The notes beneath the pieces were generated by a model. It saw nothing but the letters and a program-made list of their open reading frames with translations. It did not search any database and was not told the DNA's origin. Made by a program: the position numbers and the translations under genes. From Klebsormidium nitens (taxonomy: Eukaryota > Plantae > Klebsormidiophyceae), in the NCBI GenBank assembly GCA_000708835.1, contig DF237084.1, positions 1 through 64,000 on the forward strand: a stretch of DNA of 64,000 nucleotides, in the 5' to 3' direction. Shown here piece after piece: positions 24,601 through 36,800 of this stretch. Within the stretch, counting starts at the first letter, position 1. Every line of letters begins with the position of its first letter.

Positions 24601-27600
24601 ACTTCAGAGCACAAGGAGTCCGCACGCACGAGTGTGTTCCAGGGACACCGACGCTTTGACATACGTTCCGCTGGAAACAGCTCAGGAACGGGCATGCCAT
24701 CTGTGAAACTGTGTGTGCTTACCTGTCCCGAAAAGCTGGGCGTCTTGATGACTGTCCTTGCCGCGATCGCGGCTGCGTCCTTGGCCCTCTTCTCTTCGAT
24801 GAGGCGCTTCCGCTCCGCTTCCTTTGCGGCCTTGTCCTCCAGCCGTTTCTTGCGTTTCGCCTCCTTCTCGCGCTCCTTAGCCTCCTCTTTGAGCTGCTTC
24901 GCCGTCTTGGGCACCTGCACGAAACGCAATTGGCTTACGTCAGCAGCATGCCAGAGAAGAGAATGGAGTGATACGACTGTAACGATGATAGTCCTCGGCT
25001 CTCTGTTCACTGTTCAGATCTTGAACCGTCTTGGGCACTGGAGAAGGAGGTGCAGACATCTGCGAAGCTGCAAAGATTTGGTGTCCTTGCAAACAATCAC
25101 TTCTCAGTCACCGACTTCCTTACTGCGCATGGTAAGCTTCGGAAAGACCACTACGATCTGACGTTCAACCAGCACAGCGGAGGCGCAGCCTACGAAGATG
25201 AGCAAAAGAAGACGCGCACCATCATAGAGACTCGCAAGTCTACCAAATTATGAAATTACCTCTCTGATTTTGGCCAGCGCCTCCTTGGCAAGCCGCTCCC
25301 GTTTCTTCCGCTCCTCTTCCTCCTTTGCAGCCTGCGCAACGAAGTACAAAGTTTCCAGCGACTAGCTCCCTGGTGAGCACAGATATTATGAGGTACGGCT
25401 GAAAGGCCTGACACAAGTCCGGTTTCCACCAGAAGGGTCATCCCAGCAGAACTGGAGCACCAACTCAGTGAAGCAACGGTTTGATCATACGACCAAGAGG
25501 AGATCCGACCAAGCAGGTGTGAGACGCAAGTCCACTTAATATCGGAAAGCCATTGCGGTGCAAGTGGGATACCTCCTCAGTTCAACGACGTTTCGATCAT
25601 CCTGCCAACAGCACAATCGTCCAAGGAACCAGCCAAAAAGCATGCCCGAGCCGAACAAATTTTAACGACAAGCGAAGCTCAAATTGGATTCAAACAGTAT
25701 CCGAGCTCGACCCACCTTGATCGCCCTCTCCCTCTCCTCTTCTTCCTTCTGCTTCCGTTCAGCCTCCAGCCGCTCTTCTTCGGCCTCCCGTGCTCGTTCC
25801 GCCGCCTCCACTTTGTCCCGCGCTTCCTTCTCCCGCCTCTCCTTGTCGGCGGACGCCGAAGTCTGCTTCTGCTTCTGCTTCTGAAGCTTCTCCTGTACCA
25901 GAGCGTTCACGAAATCATGTCAGGCACGAATGAATTTTTACGAAAAGAAAGATTCAAGTTCCGAGGCTTGAGCCCGGCCGCCCACACTTTCTCCCACGCC
26001 TCTTGCTCCCTCCCTCTCCTGATTGGCAGATGCCGAGCTCTGTTTCTGCTTCTGCTTCTCTTTCTGAAGCTTCCCCTGCATCCAACGTGTTCACGACATG
26101 ATTACTTCATGAACGAATTGAGTTTCAGAAAGTACAGTAGTGCTCGAGCTCTACTGCCAGGACTTTCGACCAGGCTTATCGCTCCCTCGTTCGCTTGAAA
26201 GCGTTGGCTGTAGTGGGCTCCCGTTCTCGGCCCCTGAAACGCTTCCCTCACGCAGGATGCTTGCAAGGACGTCGTGCGCATGACAAGGCCAAAGCCCAAA
26301 CGCCTGCCTCCCCCTATCACACAGTCTTCCCAGCAGGTACACGGCATTGCAAGATCCTAAGCGCCCACCAGTCTCGAAGTGGACTGCTCGTACATAGGCA
26401 TATACAAAACTTTTTGGACACAAACAAAGCCCACGAAAGCACCACGAAGGCAGGCGTGCATCCGCACACACTCGAAAAGGGGTCAACTAATAGATGCCTG
26501 AGCGCTACAATTCCAGAAAACCCTAATATTCTTCATAAACTGGCATCCTCACCTGGTTTTTCCGCTCCTTAAGCTCCTCCTTCTCCTTGGCCCGCATCTC
26601 CTTCGCCTGCTCCTTCTCCTCCTGTTTCTGCTTCTTCGCTCTCGCCCGCTCCTCCCGGATCTCCTCCATCGTTTTCCTCTTGCCGCCGCTCAGGCCCGCC
26701 GCCGCGATCGGCCGCCCATCCTCCTCCTTAACCAAATCCAAAGCCTTAACCAGAACCCGACTTTCTTCTGCGGCTTGCGCTTCTTCGGCTTCTTTCGCCC
26801 ACTTGTCCGCTTTGGCGGCGATGGAGTTTTGGGCGGCGACCGCCGCGGCCGCTGCCGCAAGCGCGCGCTGCCCCTTCTGCATGCTCTTCTTGGACGTCCC
26901 TGAGAGATTTCAAGAAACGGGCTCAGTCGATGATCGTCTTGATAGCCTTTCGAGTTTTGTGCAGTGCCTTTTCTTAAAGTGCCGTCTTCGGACTTTCTGG
27001 ATTTCAGTTGAGAAACGCGTCACGACTTTGGGTTGGAAACGCAAGCGCAACTGCAAGCTCTTTGTTGAGGAACCTCACAAGACAAAACAGGAATCTTAGT
27101 CTGCTTGAGTTGGGACCTCTTACAACCTCGTGGTGAGACCATTTCAACTGGTGGTCGGGGTTCCAAGTTGATTGAGACAACAGCGTGCTCCAACGGGGTT
27201 CACGTTGATTGAAACAACAACGTGCTCCAACGAACCCCTTGAAGAGAAGTTTAAAGTGGGCCCAACGAAACTCATTTTGGTGCATACACATTCTTCTGGA
27301 ATCAAAGTGCTGGACATGGACCCTGTACAGAACTATTAGGACTGAAGAGCAATTCAAATGGACCCAACAGATGACCGCAGTAGCCGCACTTCGAATCCCA
27401 AATATTATTGTAAGGAATGAAAGCTCACGTATGAGCGCAATTGGCTTGTCCTCCGCCACTGGCGACGGCATCCGTTCTGTTTGCTTGGTCGGCCGCGACC
27501 CCATCAGATCCTCTACCGTCAACTCGATCAGTTCCGGCGGGAACGGCGGAAGCGACTCCCGCTTTGCCGCTTTTCCTTCTGCAAGCAACGCCCGGCGCTC

Positions 27601-29800
27601 CCTCGCTGACCTCAGCGCCTGCACGCGCCGCGCCGTGATCGAGCCCTTATATCGGAGAACGCTGGGCCGCCGGGGGAGCGCCATTTTGCACCGGGAATAG
27701 GCGCTTGAAGCTGCTTCTGACAGCGTTCTGGGATTCAGGTCGAGGCACAGGTCTGGTTGCATCGCCCGTAGTGACCTGGCCTCCAACTCTAGTTGCTCCT
27801 GGTAGGAGAGTTTCGCTTCCTTCCCAAGCCTGGACGTCTCTTTGATTATGCTCTCAGTGTCTGGCCGGAGCAACAGCTTATGGACGATAGGAGGGCGGGG
27901 GATCCCTTTGGGGGTGCCTGCGCTGCCCTGCGACGGTCCCACCCTGCAGTCCCGGTAGTCCCGAAGCTCCACAATAAGGCAGCCGTCGATATAAGTGCAC
28001 GGGAGCTCGCTGATCATCTCCGCTGGGATGCAGCCCCGGTCTAACGCTTTTAGAAACCCCTCGGTTGCTCGGTTGATGGGATAAGCGGGCAGCTTAGACA
28101 CGGTCTTATAAGCTGGATATTTTCCGTCTTTTTCGGTGGGGGTGTCGAGGGAAAACTCGGAGGAAAGGAGGTTGACCGCAAAAGAGACGGGTAGATCGGG
28201 GAGGTGGTCCAGCAGAAAGGCGCCACCTGACGGACGTGCGGCGCGCGCAGCGCGCAAGAAGCTACGCAGCGACTTGTGGCCCTTGAGAATCTGTAAGAAT
28301 CGAGAAGGGGCCAGAAAAGTGAAAGTACTGTAGTGGATATAGGAAGGGGAGGGAGGGCACAGTTGTTTAAGGGTAGAACTTTGGATTGATTTCACAGGAT
28401 CTTGAGGGCGGGGCAAGCTCTCTGTGCTTCACAAGGGAGACATTATTTTGAGCAAGCAAGGGGACTCTGAAGCGAGGCAGATTTGAAGAAACGAGGGGAT
28501 CCAGAGGCAGCATTTCAAAAGCTGCCCCACTTGCCGTACGACTTTAGCGCGTCCTTTCAACGCCGCATAATCTAGATTGCAGTCGAGAAGGCATCAAATC
28601 CTCTTGCGATGTGCAAGGGAGCTGACCTGGTCATTCCGTTTCCTCTTGGCGCTCAGTCTCTCGCCCTTGGGCGACTTCAGGACACCGTTCCCCAACGGCT
28701 GCGTGCTCTCTCGGCTGCTACTACGCTGCAGGATCGACAGTCCAGGCCAGTTGGTTAAGCAAAGATTCGCCAGTGGATCTCAGCGATGAGGCCTGACAAG
28801 CGCAAGTTGCCTAGCATGCCTTCATGAAACACTTGAAGCCTTTTGATGTTTAAGGCTACCTCCATGCAGTTTATTGGTTCTTGGGCATAAAGAAGCTGCT
28901 TCAGCTTTGTGAGTAGTATGATTTGAAAATGAAACCACTGTTCTGCGAAGCATTAAGCTCAACTTCTGAGCTCATGTCTTAAGAGTGGCAAGCTGGAGAT
29001 AGACAACCACCACCTTTGCTGTATTGATTGGATGCTTAGTGCTGTGTAAGCTGATTGACCAGTAAGCCCCCCTGCACCAAACTTCTGATACACTGCTGCT
29101 TTACAGAAAGTCTCTCTGCAATCATTGCACGCCAGAAAGTAGGAAAAGGCTGCTAGGGAATGCCTTCAATCGCACCAAGGAAGGACGGAGATAGAAACGA
29201 CATTCCGGTTTGCAATTGGTGCAAAATCCAAAATTTCTTACATTTGCTTCTACTGAAAAGCCAGCGCAAAAAGTGCAGAATGCAGAGCTCGGCCCCAATC
29301 TTCTGCGTGCTAAAAATGGATCACATGCAGGCCAGTGATGACAGTCAGGTTGACAAGCAAGACCACTCTCGCCATCAAGTGAGACAAAGTGCTCCCCAAT
29401 CGCTTCTCTGGAATCAATCCAGTCAGAAGCAAACAGCTAATCACTCTTTTCCTGTCCATTGATCGAGACATAGCGCTCCCCATCGCTTCTGGCTATTGGC
29501 AGCCAGCAAAGTAATCTTTGTTGTGTTACACCAATCATTGCTCACCGGCCGATTTCCATCCAACTGCGACCTGCCATCGTCCGAGACGTTTCCATCTTGA
29601 ACTTTTGCAGGACTTGGTTCCGCAACCGACGGTTCTCTTGCAAGTCCACTCCCAGCCGACTCTTGCTTGACAGCATCCTGCATCTCGCTCTTTTTTCCAT
29701 CTGATGGGGGTGACGGCTTTGGACTACTGTAATTGCGCTTCGGCCCCACTCCCAGCCTCCGGAAAGCCGGCTTCTGCAGCCGGAAAGAGACGCCCACCAT
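12646..29800 (-). CDS. SPT20: SPT20 / PHYTOCHROME-DEPENDENT LATE-FLOWERING (PHL)-like SAGA subunit; ~16 exons: 29800-29546, 28725-28627, 28290-27429, 26899-26553, 25892-25716, 25331-25260, 24914-24723, 24252-24107, 23601-23372, 19713-19496, 19003-18835, 18184-17850, 17014-16880, ~16080-15730, 15309-14728, 14232-12646 (last exon contains a gap)
   Basis: The N-terminus MVGVSFRLQK resembles the plant PHL start (MGVSFK). Spt20 domain: SFAVNLLSSEFSL...YPINRATEGFLKALDRGCIPAEMISELPCTYIDGCLIVELRDYR...HKLLLRPDTESIIKE...QLELEARSLRAMQPDLCLDLNP. This is followed by a K/E-rich coiled coil, a PHL-like middle segment (AADAFAAELTRLLKHEGH) and a long Q/G/P-rich tail. Splice phases were consistent wherever checked (exons 1-12). 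Confidence 0.88.
13212..13787. other. Assembly gap, probably spurious (overlapping contig ends)
   Basis: CCCAGGTTAACTTGACCCCCGGGGGGG occurs immediately on both sides of the N run. Confidence 0.85.
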
Positions 29801-30834
29801 TGTTAAGCCACCGCACCAGCAAATTCTAGTCCACTACATCGGTCCAAGGGGAATGCCTACAGCTGGCTGCTGTGTGCATGCGCCATTGCTCTCCCTCGCG
29901 CATATCCTCCCTGTTCTTGCACTCAGGTTTGGGAGCTCCCTCCGATCCGCACACGAAAGCAAGGAAAACCCTAACTCCCACCCTCAAACTTAGAGTGCAA
30001 TTAGGTTGGATACTTGAATATGCAGGCAGCGACAACGAACGAAAAGCTTGAAGTTGTGTTATTGTTACCACGCGCGCTGCAGCCTGATCCGGATGCATGC
30101 ATGATGTCAATGATGATTTCTGGCCCTCTGCCACTGGGAGGCGCGCTTTGCTAGGCTGAGCTGTGCAGAATTTGTGCCAGCGGGCTGGAAATTGTAGGCT
30201 TCTCCGCACAGGTTCTTGCCCAACACTTGTGCTGGGGTGCCATCATTGTCAATGGCGGCACGCGTTCACCTTAGTTTTGCCCTTGGGTAAGTTCTGCTTC
30301 CTTTTTCAAATCTCAAATGATGGCGCACACATGCGCAGGCACTGAACTTTTCAAGCTTCCGGACTAGTGAGATACTCACTTTGAATGGCTGATGATCTGG
30401 TCGCTTAGTGCTTTGAAAGGCTGCTGATTCCGAAAGCGCCCTTCGCAATGCTCTCAATCGAAATGATGCTGTGCAGCTCACGTAGAAATTGGCTCCGCCA
30501 ACTCGTTCGAATATGATTTGAATCTTCAACCATCATCATCGATCTTACAACCGCTGATGCCACCAACATGACCACCAATAAGAGGTCTTGGGAATCTTTC
30601 TTCGCCCTGGCATCCCCATCTTCTCTTGATTGGCTGCTTTTGTTCCTTGGCGCTGTATGCATACTAACAAATCACCCGCTATCTTCTCTCACCATGGCCC
30701 CTTCTCTACATTGCCCGCCGTTCGGATTGCTGACAGCATCGATGTGTCAAAACATACTTTTTCTTTGCTTTGCAGGCTGACATTTTAGCTCAAATCCTTC
30801 AAGTCCACCCACCATTCTTGGGGGGGTGCCAAAA

Positions 30835-33800
30835 ATGGAGGACTTCCAGCCCCCCGCTGATGCCGAGGAAGATTCTGGCCTATGGACGTCCTTCGACATT
30901 CCGCCCCCCCAAGAACCTGAACCCCCTCCTGGACCCCCCCCCTCCCGCCCCTGCCTTCGTACCCCCCCCTGCCGGCAGGCCCGGCCCTCCAGCAGCTCTC
31001 AGTGTTGCACCACGAGATAGTGGCGCTTGTGAAAAGACTGGAGCTGACCCCCCAGGAAGTGCAGGAAAGGCAGGAAGCGGTTGGGATCATAAGAGATGTG
31101 GCGCAGGAGGTCTGGCCGTACGCTCAGGTAAGTTTGGTTATGTCCCTTGAAGTGCGCCCTTGTCAGTGTAAGAGAAGCGCTCCTTGTGTCTCTCGATAGA
31201 ACCTCAAACGGACCACACTTTGGTGGTGTGGTTTCGAAGTTTCTTATCTCCAGTGTACAATGACGAAAGGGCTTTTCTACTGATTTCTGCTCACGTGTCA
31301 AAAGGGTGGGATGCCTGTGGTACTTGGTGGACTCTGAAGGAAGCGGTCAGTAAGGCACGCAGTTTGCAGTGGTGACCGAACACGTCCGAACTAGCCTCAA
31401 GACAAAAGCAGTCTTCATTCGTGGTGCTTTGTCATCACACAGCGCTAATTGAAAATCGACTGCTGCTTACACTCAAAGCTAAACATTCCTTATCCCGTCT
31501 TCAACAAAGAACGGAGCCGCATAACCGAGCCAAGGTGCTTAATTCAGGCAATCAAGTAAAGGCGACAAAGACCCGACTAAAGGGGAAGGATACATTTTTG
31601 GCCAGGCCTGAACACTCAAATCCTTTGATCAGGTGGTTATGTTTGGTTCTTCTGCCACGGTTTCGCTCACTGCAAAAGCGCTTTCGGCCTTGTCGTGTGC
31701 TCAAAAACGATTCGAGTACCTCTATGTTTGGCCAGGTGATTATGTTTGGTTCTTCTGCCACGGGTCTGGCGCACTGTGGGAGCGATCTCGACCTTGTCGT
31801 GTGCGGCTCCGAGACCCGGCGTTCGCGCATGCCCCCCGTCCGGGAGTGGCTGTCGGCAATGAAGGGCTGCCTCAAAGGCTGGCAGCTGTGCTCCAAGGTG
31901 GAGACGGTGCCAAATGCCAAGGTAACCAGGATGTGTTGGCAGGCTATTTTGTTGGGTTCAGATATCAAGCACTGAAAACTTTGTTTCGACGCCACAACTT
32001 CATCTTCTTCGGCGCCACAAAGTTGGGTGGTTATCGACCTTTCTTGTAGTGTCTGGTGTTGTCGTCAAAGGTTTGCAAAATCTTTGTTCAGGGGAAAAGA
32101 AAGGCGACCTCAAACGGATATGCCTCAAAACAGGGATTCGTTGCAGCAGGCCAATCTGAGCAGTTTCGGGTATCCGGGTCTTGACGGTACTGCTGACTTT
32201 TGTTAATGTCAGTCTGCTGCTCTGAAACCGGAAGCTCGACGCAGGTCCCCATCGTAAAATGCGTCCTCCATCAGCCAAAGCTCGCCGTCGACATCGCCTT
32301 CTTTGTCATGAACGGGCCGAACGCCGTGCCATTCATCCGGCAGCAGGTGCAGAAGTACGCACCCCTACGCGACCTCTGTCTGGTAAGGGGGGCCGCTTCT
32401 TAACTTTTCTCTCAAAGTTCTCATAGGCTGTTCTTGGTCTGGCTCCGGATCTCTGGATTTAGTCAGCCCCATGCCCATTCCGATGCACAGATCAATGGGG
32501 TGTAATGGAAGTTCTTTGTAGTTCTCATGCCATGTTTTCGTTGATGGCCGTGAGCGTGGTCCGCTGCTCATATGTTCTTGCGTCCCTGCACTTGCCAAGA
32601 GAGAGTTTTTTCTGAGTTGTACTTCTGGCTGCTTCGTCCCACCAACGCCAGGCCAGCACGTCCCGCCTGTTGAGAGAGCGTTTATTAATCTATGCTGTAT
32701 GGCATTCGCAGAGCTTCTAAGATCGAACACGCTGCTGGGATCAGCGGCTCCAAGTCGAGCCGCATGAACTTTTTCTCAACTTTTCCTGAGCTTTCGTCTG
32801 GACACCCGGTTAAGTGCCTCATGCGCCTCCTCCAGAAGCGTGGCACGAAGATGACGTCACGCGTGACGTCATGCGCAGGTGCTCAAGTGCCTGCTGGGCC
32901 AGAACGGGCTGCAGGAAGTGTACACGGGCGGCATCGGCAGCTATTGCCTCCTCAACATGATCGTTGCGCACCTGCAGGTCAGCTCCCTCTTTCCGGATCC
33001 ACTCAGAATAACGTTTTTAAATCAGACGGATGCTTAGACCAACAGGGTTATGGCCCTGTCCACGCACCTCCCTAACCTGCCCTAACCCCGTACCTAAATG
33101 CACCCGTCTCGGTTTTTGTTCCCGTGTATTTTCAGGACCTGCAGGTCGGCGCTGCTCCCGACTGATACGTTTTTCGAAACTCGACAATATGGAATATAAT
33201 ACAAGCGACTCATCGGCCGGTTTGCTTCCTCGCAACCCTGACAGATTTTGGCTCATCGAGATTTTCGCAGCCGCTGTACGTCAGCACAGCCCTGACTGCT
33301 CGGGGGTCTACGTTTCTTGTTTCAAGAGCAATCTTTGATTGGGTGAGATACCCGGGGGTAGAGAAGGGCGAACAAATCCAAAAGGTTACACAGCGTTTGG
33401 TCCGCTTCTATCCTGCGCAGATCCGTGCAAATTTTCAAGGTTTCAGGATGCAGGGGATTGCGTGGCACAGCGATTCGCAAAAGGCAGTCTGTCCCAACGG
33501 TGCTTTTTCTTTGTTTCCAGAATACGGACCCCGCTTCTCAGCACGACCTTGGCACACTGCTGCTCGGGTTTTTGCGGCGCTACGACATCCAGCATAACTA
33601 CGCTACGGATGTTGTCGCCATCAAGCCCGGAATCCGCCGGAACAAGGTGAGGCACGCCTCCCTGTCTTTCAGCAGACGGAAGCTCTTAGCGAATGCCTCC
33701 TCTCTCAACTGCCGTATAGTGCGACTTGAGTCGGTTTGTGAGTGGCCTCGGAAGGGCTAACTTCTCGGCCTTGAGTTGGCGACTGTGTGAGGCCCTTGGG

Positions 33801-36800
33801 CGAGTTTCCAGAGATGCCGACAGAATCGAGACAAGGAAGCGAGGAGAAGTTTAGGCTAAGTCGTCTCTTATCCTGTTGCAGTTCAGTCGCAACTGGGTCT
33901 CACCGCAGGACCCAAACCTTTTATCCGTAGAAGACCCACAGAATCCAAGTGAGTTGAAAACCAACATTGAGCCGCTTCTTCGCTGTATCTGGAGGTCTGT
34001 ACTTCGTGTAGTGGACTTTAGCAACGCTTCCGAGCCTTCTCTCTAGGAGTGCCTGAAAAGAGCTCGGGCGCCAGACTGTATTGTAGGGCAAAGCAGGTCG
34101 AGTCGCTTATTGATGATTGTCCAGAACTGATTCGCGGTAAGCACTGTTTATGTAGATACTTCTCACCGTGGGCCAATTTTTTGCACTGGCAAACGTGGTT
34201 ATGAGATTGATCTGACAATGCATCTTGTTAGACAAACCCGCATTCGCTCCCACAATGGTTTCACGAGCCTTACGTGTTGCACGTCAGTTCTGCGAGCCTC
34301 CAATCGAGCGAACACATGTTTCCTTCTTCTTGAAGAAAGTTGGATACTTTATCTGGCAAGGTACATCGTGAAGGTGAGGGTGACAGACTTGTTGAGCAGC
34401 TAATGCCAGACGTTCCGGGGCGACCCGCTCCGTCCTTCTATGTTCTCTGGCGGAATGAACCGAGTCGTGAACCAATTCAATCCTGACGTCGGCATCTGTG
34501 CAGGCCAGGACATTGGGAAGGCCTCCTTCCGCATTGATGACGTCCGAGCCCTCTTCTCTCGTGTCCGCTATGCGCTGGAAGCACATTGGAACCGCCCGGG
34601 GCTCATAAGAGAGGTCGTTGACGTAAGTATTCAAGTCAGATCACGAGTCTTACTTTACTTGCGACTCTTGCGGGCTTTGTACTTGAAAAGCGTCGTTGAT
34701 CCGGCTAATTGTCCCGAAGTCTTCCCTTTGTGGCGAGTCACTTGTCCAGAACTTGGATTTGACTGTCTCGTTTCGAACGCCAGTCAATGTCCCGGTTACA
34801 ATCCGGATGTTGCATCCTAGGAGCAGACCGTTGAGTCCATTCCCCGCTGTACGCTTCAAGAGGGCCATCAATGCGTTTGTGAGAGATGTGAATGCTCGGA
34901 CCTGTGACCCGGTCAGTAGTCTTCGGTCATGCAAGCAGCAAGATGTTCAAAATTTGGAACTGATGGAGAGCCCAATTGTAATCATCAGATTACAAATTTG
35001 ATGCCAAGCAGCCGAAGCCTGTTTTTGTCTCCCCGCTGTCTATCGGGTTGGCTCGTCTGATATCCCTTTCTCAAGTTTCCTCTCTTACGGCTATGTCCCA
35101 ACCCCACCGTCTTGATTCCGTCAAAGCCGCCATGCTCTCTCACATCGACTCCTGGCTTCTTAGTTCCGATTACTTTATTGTACTCTGCTCTCTACCCTTC
35201 TTCGTGCTCTCTGTCTTTTCCTACACTATGGTCTGGCCACATGTTTCACTCCCCCATGAAATCGATGTTGTTTGTCGCGGCCGTAAAGAATCTTGGGCCG
35301 CTCCTTGCAGATTGACAGAGATCGAATGCACTTAGTAGACGGCCCGGTCCTCCACAAGGGCAACAAAAAGCGCAAACAGGGCCATGCCCCGTGGCAGGGG
35401 GCTCCCGGTGGCCCTGCCGAGCCCCCCCCGAACAAGAAACGGAAGCAAAACGCCCCCGGGGCAACTCAGAACGCAAACCCCTTCCCTCCAGTCGCTGCTA
35501 AGAAACAGAAACTTGCCAAAAGCGGGGGACTGCAGTCCGCCAGGGATTTGCACCTTAACAAGCATAGTCAGCAGAAGGGCGTGTACGTAAACCCTCACGT
35601 TTGGGATAAGAGCACGGAACAGCCAGCGAAGCGAAGCGCATTTGATGGGGGGGCTGTGGAGGCGATGCTGAAACCGGTCAAGGGTGCGGGAACGCTGGAC
35701 ACGTGGCTTTCTTCCGGAAGGGCGGAAAGCAGTCCCGGGATCGGAGTCCTAAAGGATGGCATTGGCGGGGGAACCGCAGTCCGCGTTACACCGAGACAGG
35801 AGGAGTGGATGAGTGGTCCTGGCGGCAGCAGTGTGAACGGGCACCAGACTCTGCCGGGCTACCCCAGCAATGGAGGCGCCAGTTCTTGGGCGGGTTTGAA
35901 AGGAGGGGGGGCGAAGTCGACTGGTGTGAATAGCCCCGAAGGTCGACCTCTTAACGGGAACAATGCCTTGAGTTTCGCAGGAGCGGTCCAGAAAGCCTGC
36001 GAGGCGACCATTGCGGGGGGGTTCTGGTCGGGACTGCCGCTGAGCGGGAGCGCCAATCCCGCGCAGTCCGCTGAGAAGCTGACACGTGGCTTGGTTAACG
36101 ACGGGGGTTTGCATAACCTGGGGCCGCGGTTCAGTGGCGTCAGCGAAGGTTGCGGGCCCGAAAATGCAGCGGGGGAGTGGAAAAAGCTGGACAAGGACGA
36201 GGAGGGTTTCGTTACGCGTCCGGTGGACGGCGCCGGTGAAGGGTGGATTGATGGGTTGCCGCACGACTCAAGACTGCCAAATGAACGGACTCGATTCGAC
36301 GGACCACCGGAAACGGAAAGTGAGGCAACGGGTTGCAGAGCGGCTGGGGTTCATACGGACAGAGAAGGGAATGGCGGACGGAGTCACGTTCCGGAGAGGA
36401 GTTACGGAATGCCGACAGCGCGAACGCAAACGAGCGGAGGAGAGCTTTGGCCGGGGGCAACCGTTGAGCCATCCCTGAGCGAGGGGAGTTTGCGGTTGCC
36501 GTTGCGTGATGACGTCATGCCGGCGTCGGAAAACAAGGTCACGGACGAGGCGGTGTGGGAACGCGTCGTGGACGGAAACGGAGTTCCGGTTCCGAAGGCG
36601 GAGGCAGTTGCGGCGCTGCGAGCCCAGCGGAAACGGTTCTTGCAGCGGGACGTGACCGCGCAGGCTTTGGCCGAGTTGAAGCTCAGCCCCTACGCGCCAC
36701 GTGTCAGAGAGGGGTTCTGCCAGCTGGCACGAATCATGGTCCGGGGAGGTGACGCAGTGCAAGGGGTTCCAGCCAAGGCAAAGAAGCCGGTGCGTGTCTG

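Noticed and set aside
30933-30942. Frameshift in PAP exon 1 suggesting a pseudogene
   Set aside because: It lies in a C homopolymer and all catalytic motifs are intact, so a sequencing error is more likely.
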